DNA of 64,000 nucleotides from Tolypothrix carrinoi HA7290-LM1 (GCA_019358935.1 JAHHIK010000012.1:40283-104282), one strand, 5' to 3'; shown: positions 42,462 through 52,852, counted from the stretch's first letter. The notes: generated by a model not told the origin, from the sequence alone. Numbers and translations: made by a program.

Positions 42462-43442
42462 TTATCTATTAACGCTGCTCATATCAGCATAGCGATCGCC
42501 TGCTGCAACACCTAATGGTGATACTTCATCAATCCGCGCAAGCTCGGCTGGTGTTAATGTAATATCTACCGCTGCAACATTCTCCTCTAAATAACTAACG
42601 CGCTTTGTTCCCGGAATCGGTACAATGTCTTCTCCTTGCGCTAGCAACCACGCTAAAGCTAATTGTCCCGGTGTCGCATTTTTTTCCTTAGCGATTTCCT
42701 TCACGCGCTCCACAACCTGAAGATTTTTGTCAAAGTTTTCACCTTTAAACCTAGGTAAATTTCTCCGAAAGTCGTCAGCCGCAAAGTCATCTGGACTGGT
42801 GATTTGTCCGGAAAGAAAGCCTCTACCCAGTGGACTGTAGGGAACAAAGCCAATCCCTAAACTGCGAATAGTCGCTAAAATCTCGTCTTCTGGTTCGCGT
42901 TGCCAAAGTGAATATTCCGACTGCAAAGCTGTAATTGGGTGGACAGCATGAGCGCGTCGAATAGTTTCTGCCGCTGCTTCCGACATTCCCAGGTAGCGGA
43001 CTTTACCAAGTTGTACTAACTCTGCCATTGCCCCAATAGTTTCCTCAATGGCAACTTGGGGATCGACGCGATGCTGATAATAAAGGTCAATGTAGTCAAC
43101 ACCAAGTCTTTGCAAAGAAGCATCGCAAGCCGAGCGAACATACTCCGGGCTACCGCTGACACCACGAAAGCGGCTATCATCAGTACGCAGGATACCGAAT
43201 TTAGTTGCTAAGACAACGCGATCGCGTCTATCCTTAATTGCCTTACCAACAAGCTGTTCATTTGCTCCTTTGCCATACATATCAGCCGTATCCAGCAAAT
43301 TTACCCCCAAATCCAAAGCACGGTGAATCGTCCGGATAGATTCAGTCTCATCAACCGCACCGTAAAACTCAGACATACCCATACATCCGAGTCCCAATTC
43401 CGAAACCGTCAAACCCTGACTTCCTAATTTGCGTGTCTTCAT
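42462..43442 (-). CDS. Aldo/keto reductase
   Basis: [42 protein letters not shown]. Confidence 0.95.
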   Translation of the reverse strand: MKTRKLGSQGLTVSELGLGCMGMSEFYGAVDETESIRTIHRALDLGVNLLDTADMYGKGANEQLVGKAIKDRRDRVVLATKFGILRTDDSRFRGVSGSPEYVRSACDASLQRLGVDYIDLYYQHRVDPQVAIEETIGAMAELVQLGKVRYLGMSEAAAETIRRAHAVHPITALQSEYSLWQREPEDEILATIRSLGIGFVPYSPLGRGFLSGQITSPDDFAADDFRRNLPRFKGENFDKNLQVVERVKEIAKEKNATPGQLALAWLLAQGEDIVPIPGTKRVSYLEENVAAVDITLTPAELARIDEVSPLGVAAGDRYADMSSVNR

Positions 43443-43543
43443 AAATTCTCTCCTCGTAGTAAGCACTTCAGTGCTTAAAAATATCTCCATCACTCATCGA
43501 ACACCGGGAAAGCTTACGATAAAAGTCAAACAGTTCTACACGC

Positions 43544-44356
43544 ATGACTAGAATTTTCATTCCCGGAATAACTCCACCCACACAACAGTCTCAACCAGCT
43601 TGGTGGTTTGCCTTTGTAGGCAATAAATTACTTATTTGCGTTCGCACTTCTAACCAAATTCCGCATTTAATAAGCTTGACAGAAATTAACTTAACCCCAG
43701 TGCGGACACAATTTCTCGGCACAATTGATAATCACCCGTGTTATTGTGCCGAATTACCCAAAGATACTGTTCCTCCTGAGGGCATGATTTTTCGAGGACT
43801 GCGTGAGTTATACGGTATTCTGGAAGAAGATTTTTTTGCACTTAGCGGTCGAGCCTTTCAAATTATCGAATGGGATCGCACCCACCAATATTGCGGACAT
43901 TGTGCCACTGCGACAACACAATTATCAGGCGATCGCGCTAAACGCTGTCCAAATTGTGGTTTAGTTAATTATCCTCGCCTTTCCCCAGCTATCATTGTTT
44001 TAATCTCTCGTGGGGAAGAACTTTTATTAGCTCGCGCTAATCGATTTCCGCAAGCAATGTACAGCGTACTTGCCGGTTTTGTCGAACCAGGAGAATCGTT
44101 AGAAGAAACCGTCATCCGCGAAGTTAAAGAAGAAGTGGGGATTTCAGTCAAGAATATTCGCTATTTTGGCTCTCAATCTTGGCCCTTTCCCAACTCGTTG
44201 ATGATAGGATTTACAGCAGATTATGCTGATGGTGAAATCGTCATCGAGGAGAAAGAAATAGCGGATGCAGCTTGGTTTAAAAAAGATAATTTACCACAGA
44301 TTCCTCCAAAGTTGAGTATTGCGCGTAAACTAATTGATGCGTTTGTATCTAGTTGA
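43544..44356 (+). CDS. nudC: NAD(+) diphosphatase
   Basis: YCGHC..CPNC zinc finger; Nudix box GFVEPGESLEE...REVKEEVG; SQSWPFPNS. Confidence 0.95.
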   Translation: MTRIFIPGITPPTQQSQPAWWFAFVGNKLLICVRTSNQIPHLISLTEINLTPVRTQFLGTIDNHPCYCAELPKDTVPPEGMIFRGLRELYGILEEDFFALSGRAFQIIEWDRTHQYCGHCATATTQLSGDRAKRCPNCGLVNYPRLSPAIIVLISRGEELLLARANRFPQAMYSVLAGFVEPGESLEETVIREVKEEVGISVKNIRYFGSQSWPFPNSLMIGFTADYADGEIVIEEKEIADAAWFKKDNLPQIPPKLSIARKLIDAFVSS

Positions 44357-44483
44357 AGAAATTCATCGTCATTGAGCGTGCTTGTTAAGCAAAAGCCGTT
44401 ATGTAGTAGTGACAAGCGATCGCTATCAACTACAAGCGGCAAGCATTTTGAAAACACAAGGAAATTTTTGGGAGAAAATTATA

Positions 44484-45092
44484 GTGAGCGTTCTCGCAAA
44501 CCTCAAAAAAGAGTTGATTTCTATTTCAACTGCCACTGACATTGGCTTTAACTCCACCCTAACAATCAAGCAGCAAATCGAGACATTAGCGGAATCTCTG
44601 GAAGTGCTAAATCCAACTGTTGAGCCTACAAGTTTTATGGAATTGGTTCAAGGACGCTGGCAGTTGTTGTACAGTACATTCGGATTAGAACGAGAAACTA
44701 CACTTCAACGTCTTTCTTTTGGAAAGCTGCCGAATGTGACAGTCAATGTTACTGGTATCTTTCAAGAAGTTTATCTGGATGGTCAGCAGTACATTAACTT
44801 AATTGAGTTTACCGTAGGTTCCGATGTTAAAGGCATTGCTGCGGTAACAGGACGCTACAGAGTAGAAGACTCTAAACGTCTCAACATTGATTTTTTAGAA
44901 ACCTCCGTTAAAAGTGCAAGCAACGATTTGGATGTTTCCACCTTTCGCTCTTGCTTAGGAATCGATTCTCAATCAGCTTTAGAATCAAAGCTTGATTTTA
45001 GCGGTTGGTCGGATATTACCTATTTGGATGAAAATTTGCGTCTCATGCGTGGCAATAATCAAAATTTGTACGTGCTGGTGCGAACCAACTAG
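44484..45092 (+). CDS. PAP/fibrillin family protein
   Basis: LE.LNPT..GRWQLLYST, ITYLDENLRLMRG. Confidence 0.85.
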   Translation: MSVLANLKKELISISTATDIGFNSTLTIKQQIETLAESLEVLNPTVEPTSFMELVQGRWQLLYSTFGLERETTLQRLSFGKLPNVTVNVTGIFQEVYLDGQQYINLIEFTVGSDVKGIAAVTGRYRVEDSKRLNIDFLETSVKSASNDLDVSTFRSCLGIDSQSALESKLDFSGWSDITYLDENLRLMRGNNQNLYVLVRTN

Positions 45093-45093
45093 G

Positions 45094-45651
45094 CTAACTG
45101 ATTGATGAGTAATGTGTATGAGTTGCGTTTTGTTTGAGATCGGATTTTACAACTTCAGCTTTCTCCTCAGCCGATACCGCTGAAGATAAGCTAGACTTTA
45201 GCGTAGCCTCTTGTTTTGATTGCTCCTTAGTTAAACAGTTTAATGAGTCATCTTGGAGATGAATAAAGGCATTATCAGTTTTGTTGCTGGCTTCTAACTT
45301 TTTATAGTGTTGGATTTTTTTCTGAATTACCTCTAAATTGTGATTAAGTTCGCGGATGCCTTCTTGAACCTGACGCTCATGAGCTTCGAGAATTAAACGG
45401 CGATCGCTTATAGCCTCAGGTTTCTCTCGATACAAGTTAGCAAACTCTTGCATCTGACGAATTGGCATTCCTGTTGTTCGCAATCGAGTCAAAAACTCTA
45501 TTCGCGTAATATCGTCAGTACGGTAACGACGATGACCGTTTGCCGCTCGGTTGACTGGCTCCAACAGCCCTTGACGCTCATAATAGCGAAGTGTATGCAC
45601 ACTTAACCCGGTAAGCGCCGCCACCTGTTGAATCGTGAGTTCTGTTTCCAT
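45094..45651 (-). CDS. MerR family transcriptional regulator
   Basis: LTIQQVA..TGLSVHTLRYYE..GL..R..NGHRRY; LR.TGMPI. Confidence 0.93.
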   Translation of the reverse strand: METELTIQQVAALTGLSVHTLRYYERQGLLEPVNRAANGHRRYRTDDITRIEFLTRLRTTGMPIRQMQEFANLYREKPEAISDRRLILEAHERQVQEGIRELNHNLEVIQKKIQHYKKLEASNKTDNAFIHLQDDSLNCLTKEQSKQEATLKSSLSSAVSAEEKAEVVKSDLKQNATHTHYSSIS

Positions 45652-45678
45652 CGCCACCTCAGCAGAACTATACAAACT

Positions 45679-45709
45679 ACCTTAAAACTTAGAGTGCGCT
45701 CTAAGTCAA
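45679..45709 (-). promoter_or_regulatory. MerR-type promoter: TTGACT-19 bp-TAAGGT with dyad operator
   Basis: Palindrome ACTTAGAGTGCGCTCTAAGT (45687-45706) inside a 19-bp spacer. Confidence 0.8.
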
Positions 45710-45768
45710 GTGTTTTCAGAAAAAAATAGCGAAGTGTTTATCGCGGTTCTCGTTTAAGTCAAATACAA

Positions 45769-45847
45769 ACCTAACTCTCTACCCCCTTCCCTACAAGGGA
45801 AGGGGAAAAAGCCCCTCTCCTTGTAGGAGAGGGGTTGGGGAGAGGTT
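45769..45847. repeat. REP/BIME-like double-hairpin repeat
   Basis: CCCCTTCCCT-ACA-AGGGAAGGGG and CCCCTCTCCT-TGT-AGGAGAGGGG. Confidence 0.75.
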
Positions 45848-45939
45848 TTTAAACGAGAGCGTGCGTATCAGTCCTGATGTACTGCAAGCCTTTGCTAGCT
45901 ATAGTTAACGGTTAAGGCTCACAGTTAAAAGGAGGCAAG

Positions 45940-46566
45940 ATGGAAAAACAATCAATCAACCCATCCCCAGCACTCGAAGAAATTCCCCCTGGCTGTCTCA
46001 ACATCATGGGTTATATTGATGAGTCAGAAGTCAACGGTCCTGGTTGTCGTGCTGTAGTGTGGGTGCAAGGTTGTTTGCGCGAGTGTCCAGGCTGCTTTAA
46101 TGTTGAATCTTGGTCGTTTGAGATTAACCAATTAATTTCTGTTGACAGCCTCGCCGAAAAAATCCTCAGTAATCCTCGCAACACAGGTGTAACATTTTCT
46201 GGCGGAGAACCTTTTTGGCAAGCACCCGCGCTGGCAAGTTTGGCGCGTCAGCTAAAAGCCGCAGGACTAAATGTGATGTCTTTTACAGGGTTTACTCTAG
46301 AGAAACTACAGTCAGAATCAGCACCAGCAGGGGCACAAGAGTTGTTAACACAGCTTGATATTCTGATAGATGGGGCTTTTGTCGAGTCAAAAGCAATTAA
46401 TTCTCCTAACTCCCCAGTGTCTTCTACTAACCAGCGGGTGCATGTGCTTAATCCAGCGTTCCAAGACCAGATTACCTGGGCAAGCGACCAGATAGAAATT
46501 CATGTCCTCAAAGATGGTAGCCGCATCATTACTGGTTATCGCGGTAGTTGGGTAGAACAATCTTAA
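45940..46566 (+). CDS. Radical SAM protein, NrdG/activase-like (4Fe-4S single cluster)
   Basis: VNGPG.R.VVWVQGCLRECPGCFN (CxxxCxxC), TFSGGEP, DILIDG. Confidence 0.9.
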   Translation: MEKQSINPSPALEEIPPGCLNIMGYIDESEVNGPGCRAVVWVQGCLRECPGCFNVESWSFEINQLISVDSLAEKILSNPRNTGVTFSGGEPFWQAPALASLARQLKAAGLNVMSFTGFTLEKLQSESAPAGAQELLTQLDILIDGAFVESKAINSPNSPVSSTNQRVHVLNPAFQDQITWASDQIEIHVLKDGSRIITGYRGSWVEQS

Positions 46567-46604
46567 ACAGGAATGAGTTTAGTGTCACACGAAAACGTAA
46601 AATA

Positions 46605-46882
46605 AGCTCGTAGTAAGCGCTGAAGCGCTTATTTTAAGCACTTTAGTGCTTACTACGAGTTCCGAACACCAACTTTCGAGTTTGGAACATCAACTTTCGA
46701 GTTCAGAACTCGAACTTTCGAGTTTGGAACATCAACTTTCGAGTTCAGAACATCAACTTTCGAGTTTGGAACATCAACTTTCGAGTTCAGAACATCAACT
46801 TTCGAGTTCCAAGCTCGAAGTTTCGAGTTCCAAGCTCGAAGTTTCGAGTTCTGAACTCGAAATTCCGAGTTCCGAACACGAA
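46605..46882. repeat. REP-like palindrome followed by a 21-bp tandem array built on TTCGAGT
   Basis: CTCGTAGTAAGCGC...GTGCTTACTACGAG, then about 10 units like GAACATCAACTTTCGAGTTTG/CA. Confidence 0.85.
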
Positions 46883-46956
46883 GCAATCGAACTTACAGTA
46901 AACAAATCTCGTCCGATGATTCTTGGGGCTGGTTTGCTTACTACTGCCCCAAGAGA

Positions 46957-47874
46957 TTAGGAAGCGCCACCGCTTCTTGCGATCCAGTGCAGCAGCTCGT
47001 TATCGAACAGGCGACTCTCTTCAAGTTGGGGCGTGTGACTGCTTTTATCGAACACTCTGACTGTCAGATCGCGGAAACTCGCACGATACGGCTCCCAAGC
47101 GGGGTATGGGGCAACCAAATAGTCGAAACGTCCCAACGCCAGCAATACGGGGATATCGAGATCGGCGAGTCCGTTGGCGATCTCGATGTCGCGAAACACC
47201 TCGCCGAAAATGTAGTCGAACATGTCCATGTTGACGTGGACATCTGACCACAGCGGTGTCGCGTCGAAAGTTGGGTCATACCAGCTTCTGGCTCCCTGTC
47301 GGATGCAGTAGGTGATGAACCGTTTTTCCGGCGCAGCGGCGATTTCATCATAGAGCAGTCGTAAATCGCTTTCGAGTTTTGCCTTACGTTCGGGACAGAC
47401 CGCTTCTCGCCAATACTCCTCGGTCAATTTGGCGTGAGCGGCGCTATGGCTAGGACCAGTGGCAATTATGACGAGGTGCGTCACATGCTGCGGATACCTC
47501 TTGGCATACTCAAGTGCCATGTAACCGTGACCGGAGTGTCCAATGACCACGATTTCTGACAACGCCAGATGCTGCCGGATTAGCTCCACATCGGCTAAAA
47601 TCACGTCGAGTGCATAGTCGGACTTCGTGACCTCACCGACAGGTTTGGAAAAGCCTCTGTGATCGACGAAGATCAACTTTAGCTCCCGCCGCAATTCGGC
47701 TGAGAAGGTTCTTGGATAATAAATTGAGCTACCGATTACCAGGGCTGGTTTACCGCTGCCCTCAATCGAATAACCCAGTTCAAAACTTCCGGAACGAATC
47801 GTTCCGCGCTCGACGAAGTAATCGGCGTTTCCGAGTTGGGACATATCATAAACCTCGACTACGGTCCGGCTCAA
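46957..47874 (-). CDS. Alpha/beta hydrolase (proline iminopeptidase-like), GC-rich and probably horizontally acquired
   Basis: VDHRGF, GHSGHG nucleophile elbow, GRFD, SSHTPQLEE; no HIP1; start may be ATG at about 47844. Confidence 0.88.
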   Translation of the reverse strand: MSRTVVEVYDMSQLGNADYFVERGTIRSGSFELGYSIEGSGKPALVIGSSIYYPRTFSAELRRELKLIFVDHRGFSKPVGEVTKSDYALDVILADVELIRQHLALSEIVVIGHSGHGYMALEYAKRYPQHVTHLVIIATGPSHSAAHAKLTEEYWREAVCPERKAKLESDLRLLYDEIAAAPEKRFITYCIRQGARSWYDPTFDATPLWSDVHVNMDMFDYIFGEVFRDIEIANGLADLDIPVLLALGRFDYLVAPYPAWEPYRASFRDLTVRVFDKSSHTPQLEESRLFDNELLHWIARSGGAS

Positions 47875-48066
47875 AAGGATTTCAGCCTAAAAAGACACGG
47901 CAGAGAAGCCGCTTTCTCCGTGCGGGGGTGGAGTTCTGTTGAGGAGCCAGTGCGTTGCAAAGGAACGCGACCGTTGTAGCACAACCGCGTGCGACTGGCG
48001 CGACACAGAGAACACAGAGTTTGGGAGAGTTTTTGCCCTCATTCGTATTAAAATTCCTTTCCCCTT

Positions 48067-48720
48067 TCATGTTTGTTGTGTTTGCTGTTGAATAACAACA
48101 CTCCAGTCATCGTTTTTCACAGCAGCTTCAAGTTGAGTCCGTCGTTGGGTATCACTCACATCGATATTCTCTAACTCTTTAGTCAAAGTGGTATCAGCCA
48201 TTGCTTTACGTAATTTCAGCTTTTTCTCTTCATAAGCATTACGTTCAGCTTCTGACATCGTTGCTTTGGCAACTTCCCCCACTGTACTAGCCCACATGCC
48301 GCTTTCTGAATCATTACCAGGTGGAATGCTATCTAGTTCTTTGATCCAAGCATCCCGCATATCTTCCATTTCTTGCCGCTTGGGGAACTTGAAGTTCTGC
48401 ACGCGCACAAAAGCACACTTTTGGCTATTATTTTGGGCGACATGACCGTTTAAAGAAAGCAAGACATTCCGAGAATAGCCGATATACTGGGTGCAGCCTT
48501 GTGTGTCTAAAACCGCGTATACACCTGCGATTTTGGCATTTTGGGAAAGCGCACACCAAGCCTCAAGAGGTATGATGTCAGCGCCATTGTTTGCTTCCGG
48601 TGTAAAAGTAACCTCGGTGGGAGCGTGTTCGTTGTCGTCAGAGTACAAAAAGTCATGCAAGCCACGGTGACTTACTGGTACACTTTGATGCTCAATGGGC
48701 AAGTTTTTGTCGGTTTCCAT
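48067..48720 (-). CDS. GIY-YIG nuclease-family protein
   Basis: GVYAVLD...QYIGYSRN, PPGN. Confidence 0.8.
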   Translation of the reverse strand: METDKNLPIEHQSVPVSHRGLHDFLYSDDNEHAPTEVTFTPEANNGADIIPLEAWCALSQNAKIAGVYAVLDTQGCTQYIGYSRNVLLSLNGHVAQNNSQKCAFVRVQNFKFPKRQEMEDMRDAWIKELDSIPPGNDSESGMWASTVGEVAKATMSEAERNAYEEKKLKLRKAMADTTLTKELENIDVSDTQRRTQLEAAVKNDDWSVVIQQQTQQT

Positions 48721-48816
48721 TGGGGCTGTTCTCCGTTAAATTAGTTGGCGATCGCTTTTCTTGTAAATGCCTAACATTTACAATTGCATCAACCCATACC
48801 CCAAAGCAAGCGATAA

Positions 48817-49542
48817 CTACTTGACAAATTTCCACTCTAATGTTTTGATTGGTGCTGTTTGAAGCGCCTCTGTCAGTTCGTCATTACTGCTAAATTGCAC
48901 TTGATCGAGATAGCAAGCTTCGACTCTGACAGTAAATTCTTGCTCTTCAAAAGCCCAAGGTTGTACAGTGACAGTGCGATCGCTGCGTTGCATAACATCG
49001 TAGCGCGTATTATTTAGATGAGAAGTAATTTCTAAAGCACGTTCGCTATCAGGTAATTCCTGTTTGCAGAGAATTAGTGACAAGCGATCGCACCATTCAA
49101 AAAAAGCATAAGCATCAGCGGCATCATCTTTGCTAATATTCAACTCCTTACGCCATTGCTCTTGATTTTCTAATTGTTCATCGAGAAAACTATCCAATTC
49201 TTTTGATTCACCGCGCTTACCCTCATTGAGCAAACTCATGTGCATAGAAATTAGCATCGCCACCCATCGTCCCCGATAGCGGGCATTTTGCGTATGCGAT
49301 CGCAGCCTTTTGAGATAGGTTTTCTTTTCTAAAGTAAAATCTAGTGGAGCACCAGCTTCAGTCAGGTGATTACCTTCCCACTCTTTTTCCAAATCATCAT
49401 GATGGGAAATTGCAGCGATCGTTTCCAGCCAGCGTATCGGACGATCCTTAGCATTCCAGTGTCCCGCCAATTCAGCAGCCAGCAAAGCATGTGCGCGATG
49501 GTAAATAACTTCCCACCCCTTCTCATGTTGATTAGCAATCAT
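48817..49542 (-). CDS. DUF3891-like protein
   Basis: HALLA..LA.HW, AISHHD, G.PLDF, CDRLSL.LC, PW.F. Confidence 0.75.
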   Translation of the reverse strand: MIANQHEKGWEVIYHRAHALLAAELAGHWNAKDRPIRWLETIAAISHHDDLEKEWEGNHLTEAGAPLDFTLEKKTYLKRLRSHTQNARYRGRWVAMLISMHMSLLNEGKRGESKELDSFLDEQLENQEQWRKELNISKDDAADAYAFFEWCDRLSLILCKQELPDSERALEITSHLNNTRYDVMQRSDRTVTVQPWAFEEQEFTVRVEACYLDQVQFSSNDELTEALQTAPIKTLEWKFVK

Positions 49543-49795
49543 AAATCATCCTCATTAATCTAGAAATTTGTGTAAAATATCGTCGCAGCGACAATTAAAA
49601 TCTCGATGTGAGATTGAAAATTAACAGCAATGAGCGCAAAAACTCTCTCAAACTCTTATTCCTCTGTGTCCTCCGCGCTCTGGAGCGGTTCGTTTTTTGG
49701 TCATTTTGCATAAATCCTAATTAATCAGCCTCCTTACTTTTTACTCATCAAGCGCAGAAAATCCATCCGCCAAAAGCACGAGAAAAAACGTCCCT

Positions 49796-50686
49796 ATGAA
49801 TAGATTGACACCCAAAAATTGGATTCTTATCCAACAGCGATTAACTCCCTACTTCTTTTTGCTACCCGCATTAATTATCTTAGGCTTAACCGTCTTTTAT
49901 CCAGCACTGCAAGCGTTTTACCTCAGCTTTACCCGCTACGAATACGACATTACCCAGGCACCGCAATGGGTAGGTTTTGCCAACTTCCAGCGCTTATCCA
50001 AAGACCCAGTTTTCTGGCAAACTTTAGTTAATACACTGATTTATCTTGTCGGTGTAGTGCCCATTTTAGTAATTGCCCCCTTAATTTTGGCAATTTTAGT
50101 AAATCAAAAACTACGGGGAATGAATTGGTTTAGAGCAGCTTACTACACACCAGTAGTAATTTCAATGGTAGTTGCAGGAATCGCCTTCAAATGGCTGTAT
50201 GCCGAAAACGGCTTACTCAATCAATTACTAAAAGGCATTTTTACCGAAGGAATTCCTTGGTTAACTAGCCCCAAATTTGCCCTTTATAGTGTGATGGCAG
50301 TCACCATCTGGAAAGGATTAGGCTATTACATGGTGATTTATTTAGCCGGCTTGCAATCAATTGGCGCCGATGTCTACGAAGCCGCAGCAATTGATGGTTC
50401 AGATGGAATTAGCAAACACTGGGATATTACCGTCCCCTTGATGAAACCTTATTTAGCATTAGTAGCAGTAATTTCTGCCATTTCTGCCACCAAAGTATTT
50501 GAAGAAGTCTACATCATGACCGAAGGCGGACCGCGTAACAGTTCCAAAACGATAGTTTATTATCTTTACGAACAAGCTTTCAATAACTTAGAAATTAGTT
50601 ATGCTTGCACAATTGGGCTAGTGTTATTTTTAATAATTTTGAGCTTATCGATAGTACGACTATTAGTTAATGGAGTGAATTTATAG
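49796..50686 (+). CDS. Carbohydrate ABC transporter permease
   Basis: YFFLLPA, VGFANF, EAA loop YEAAAIDG, T.GGP. Confidence 0.93.
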   Translation: MNRLTPKNWILIQQRLTPYFFLLPALIILGLTVFYPALQAFYLSFTRYEYDITQAPQWVGFANFQRLSKDPVFWQTLVNTLIYLVGVVPILVIAPLILAILVNQKLRGMNWFRAAYYTPVVISMVVAGIAFKWLYAENGLLNQLLKGIFTEGIPWLTSPKFALYSVMAVTIWKGLGYYMVIYLAGLQSIGADVYEAAAIDGSDGISKHWDITVPLMKPYLALVAVISAISATKVFEEVYIMTEGGPRNSSKTIVYYLYEQAFNNLEISYACTIGLVLFLIILSLSIVRLLVNGVNL

Positions 50687-50740
50687 AAAAACTAGACAGA
50701 AATAGAATAGTTTCAAAAATCATGAAAAGTGCAAGTAGTA

Positions 50741-51637
50741 ATGCAAATAGAACAGCCTCTACAAATTAATGCTGCCGAACCAGAAAAACTCAAACCAATC
50801 CTTCCCAAACCCGTAATTCTTTCCACCCCAGTGACAGGTTGGAATGGTTTTTATTTTGCCTATCATCGACAGTTAAATCATAAAATTCCGGAAACTTGCC
50901 CTGACCAGCATATTAGTGCCATTTGCATTGAAGGTTTTCAGGCAAACATGAAAATCAACAAACAATGGCAACATAAATCTTACGCTGCGAGTGATGTCGC
51001 GATTTTTCCAGCACACCAAATATCTCCAGCAGTAGAGTTTGAGCAGGAATTAGGATTTATTATCCTTTGTCTTGAGCCAGAATTTGTGCATCGCGCTGCC
51101 TATGAATCAGTAGATGCTGATAACGTTGAAATTATCCAGCAATTGCAAAGCCACGATCCCTTAATTCAACAAATTGGACTTGCATTAAAAAGAGAATTAG
51201 AAATCAGTATAATTGATAGTCGCCTTTATGCAGAGTCAGCGGCAAATATGCTCGCGGTGCATTTATTGAAACGCTATTCAACGCGGAAACTTATTATTAA
51301 AGAATATACAGGTGGATTGCCAAAGTACAAATTAAAAGAGGTACTGACATATATAAACGACAACTTAGAGGCAAATTTATCGCTGGCAGAAATTAGTGCG
51401 ATCGCCCAAATGAGTCCGCATTATTTTGCCACCTTATTCAAGCAATCAACAGGAATCGCACCTCACCAATATGTCACCAAATGCCGAATCGATAAAGCAA
51501 AACATTTACTCGCAAAACGAGAATTATCAATTCTACAAATTTCCCACCTAGTAGGATTTCAAAGTCAAAGTCATTTTGCTAAAGTCTTCCGTAAATACGT
51601 CGGCATTACTCCTCAAGCATTTAGAGCAAATTTATAA
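50741..51637 (+). CDS. AraC family transcriptional regulator
   Basis: C-terminal LSLAEI..MSPHYF..LFKQSTG..GFQSQSHF..FRK.VG.TP. Confidence 0.93.
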   Translation: MQIEQPLQINAAEPEKLKPILPKPVILSTPVTGWNGFYFAYHRQLNHKIPETCPDQHISAICIEGFQANMKINKQWQHKSYAASDVAIFPAHQISPAVEFEQELGFIILCLEPEFVHRAAYESVDADNVEIIQQLQSHDPLIQQIGLALKRELEISIIDSRLYAESAANMLAVHLLKRYSTRKLIIKEYTGGLPKYKLKEVLTYINDNLEANLSLAEISAIAQMSPHYFATLFKQSTGIAPHQYVTKCRIDKAKHLLAKRELSILQISHLVGFQSQSHFAKVFRKYVGITPQAFRANL

Positions 51638-51759
51638 TAAATCATACTATTAACTATATTTTAAATAGCTATATAACAATCCTAAATCATTCATCAAACT
51701 CCCTCTTTCCTCCTCTGTGTTCTCTGCGTCTCTGCGGTTCGTTTTTTCCCATATAAACA

Positions 51760-51790
51760 GAAGATTGCGCTAATTATCGGAAGATTGCGC
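51760..51790 (+). promoter_or_regulatory. Direct repeat GAAGATTGCGC x2 (20-bp period), probable AraC binding site
   Basis: Exact 11-mer repeat upstream of TAAACT (51815-51820) and the Rieske gene. Confidence 0.55.
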
Positions 51791-51853
51791 GAGACAGCTT
51801 TGAAGTGCCAATACTAAACTCAGTGTAATTAACTCAATTAATCGGAGACATTT

Positions 51854-52840
51854 ATGTTCATGCTGCAAGGGGCACCGTGGCTATTAGCACATCGCGCTAT
51901 GCTCAAAAATCAACCGATGAAAGTATCACTCTACGGCAACGACTACGTTCTTTGGCAAGACAGTAAAGGTAAAATTAGTTGCTTGCCGAATGCCTGCCCT
52001 CACATGGGTGCTATGCTCTCCGAAGGTTGGTGTGTAACCAAACCAGATAATAGTAGTACAGTGGCTTGTCCCTTTCATGCATTGGAATTTGATAGCGCTG
52101 GCTGTACAGTTTTACCAGGTTCCGACAAGCCAACAAAATCCTTAATCAAGCCATTAGAGTTAATTATTCAAGGCGATTTTATATGGTCTTACGGTGGATA
52201 TGAACCGAAGATTTGCATCCCCACAGTGATGAATCAAATTGCAGCAGAGTATAAATTTATTGGTTTTACAGGAAATTGCAGCATCAAAACCGATATTCTC
52301 ACTCTGCTGCTAAACATGCACGACTACAATCACCAAAATGGTACTCATCGTCAGTTATTTGAGATTGAAGAAGTTCAGCTTAAACAGTTTATCGACAACG
52401 GATTTCACTCTCATGCTTATATAGATCAGCCAAGAACCAAACCCAAATTCCGCGACATCCTGAAAAACCCGGCTCTTTTATTAATGCCAAAAGTGCTTCA
52501 GGCTCATTTAGAAAACTTCTTTCCCTACATGGGAATAATGCACGGTGAAAGCCCGCTTTTAAGCCTCAAAGAGTGTCATTTTTACATTCCCGAATCAGCA
52601 AATCACTCTCGCGTTTACGTTCTCATGTTCATGAAAGCGCACACTCCCATTGCCCATTTGCTCAAAGGAAATCTTCTGCGGTTGATTGAAGTCGTTATTG
52701 AGCAAGACGCTGACATTTTAGGCAAACTTTATGCGAATACACCTCAGCATATTAAACTCAATAATGAAGTTGGAATGGATTGGGTGCGGCGAAATTTTGA
52801 GAATTTCCCCACAGTTGTAGAACCAAATCTTTCTCGTTAA
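51854..52840 (+). CDS. Rieske 2Fe-2S oxygenase-family protein
   Basis: CPH..CPFH Rieske motif; N..D..H...TH mononuclear iron site; EQD. Confidence 0.9.
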   Translation: MFMLQGAPWLLAHRAMLKNQPMKVSLYGNDYVLWQDSKGKISCLPNACPHMGAMLSEGWCVTKPDNSSTVACPFHALEFDSAGCTVLPGSDKPTKSLIKPLELIIQGDFIWSYGGYEPKICIPTVMNQIAAEYKFIGFTGNCSIKTDILTLLLNMHDYNHQNGTHRQLFEIEEVQLKQFIDNGFHSHAYIDQPRTKPKFRDILKNPALLLMPKVLQAHLENFFPYMGIMHGESPLLSLKECHFYIPESANHSRVYVLMFMKAHTPIAHLLKGNLLRLIEVVIEQDADILGKLYANTPQHIKLNNEVGMDWVRRNFENFPTVVEPNLSR

Positions 52841-52852
52841 ATCAACGCCCAA

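Noticed and set aside
46646..46960. 104-aa (SSSEHQL)n ORF as a real gene
   Set aside because: Starts inside a REP palindrome, has no RBS and is fully explained by the tandem repeat
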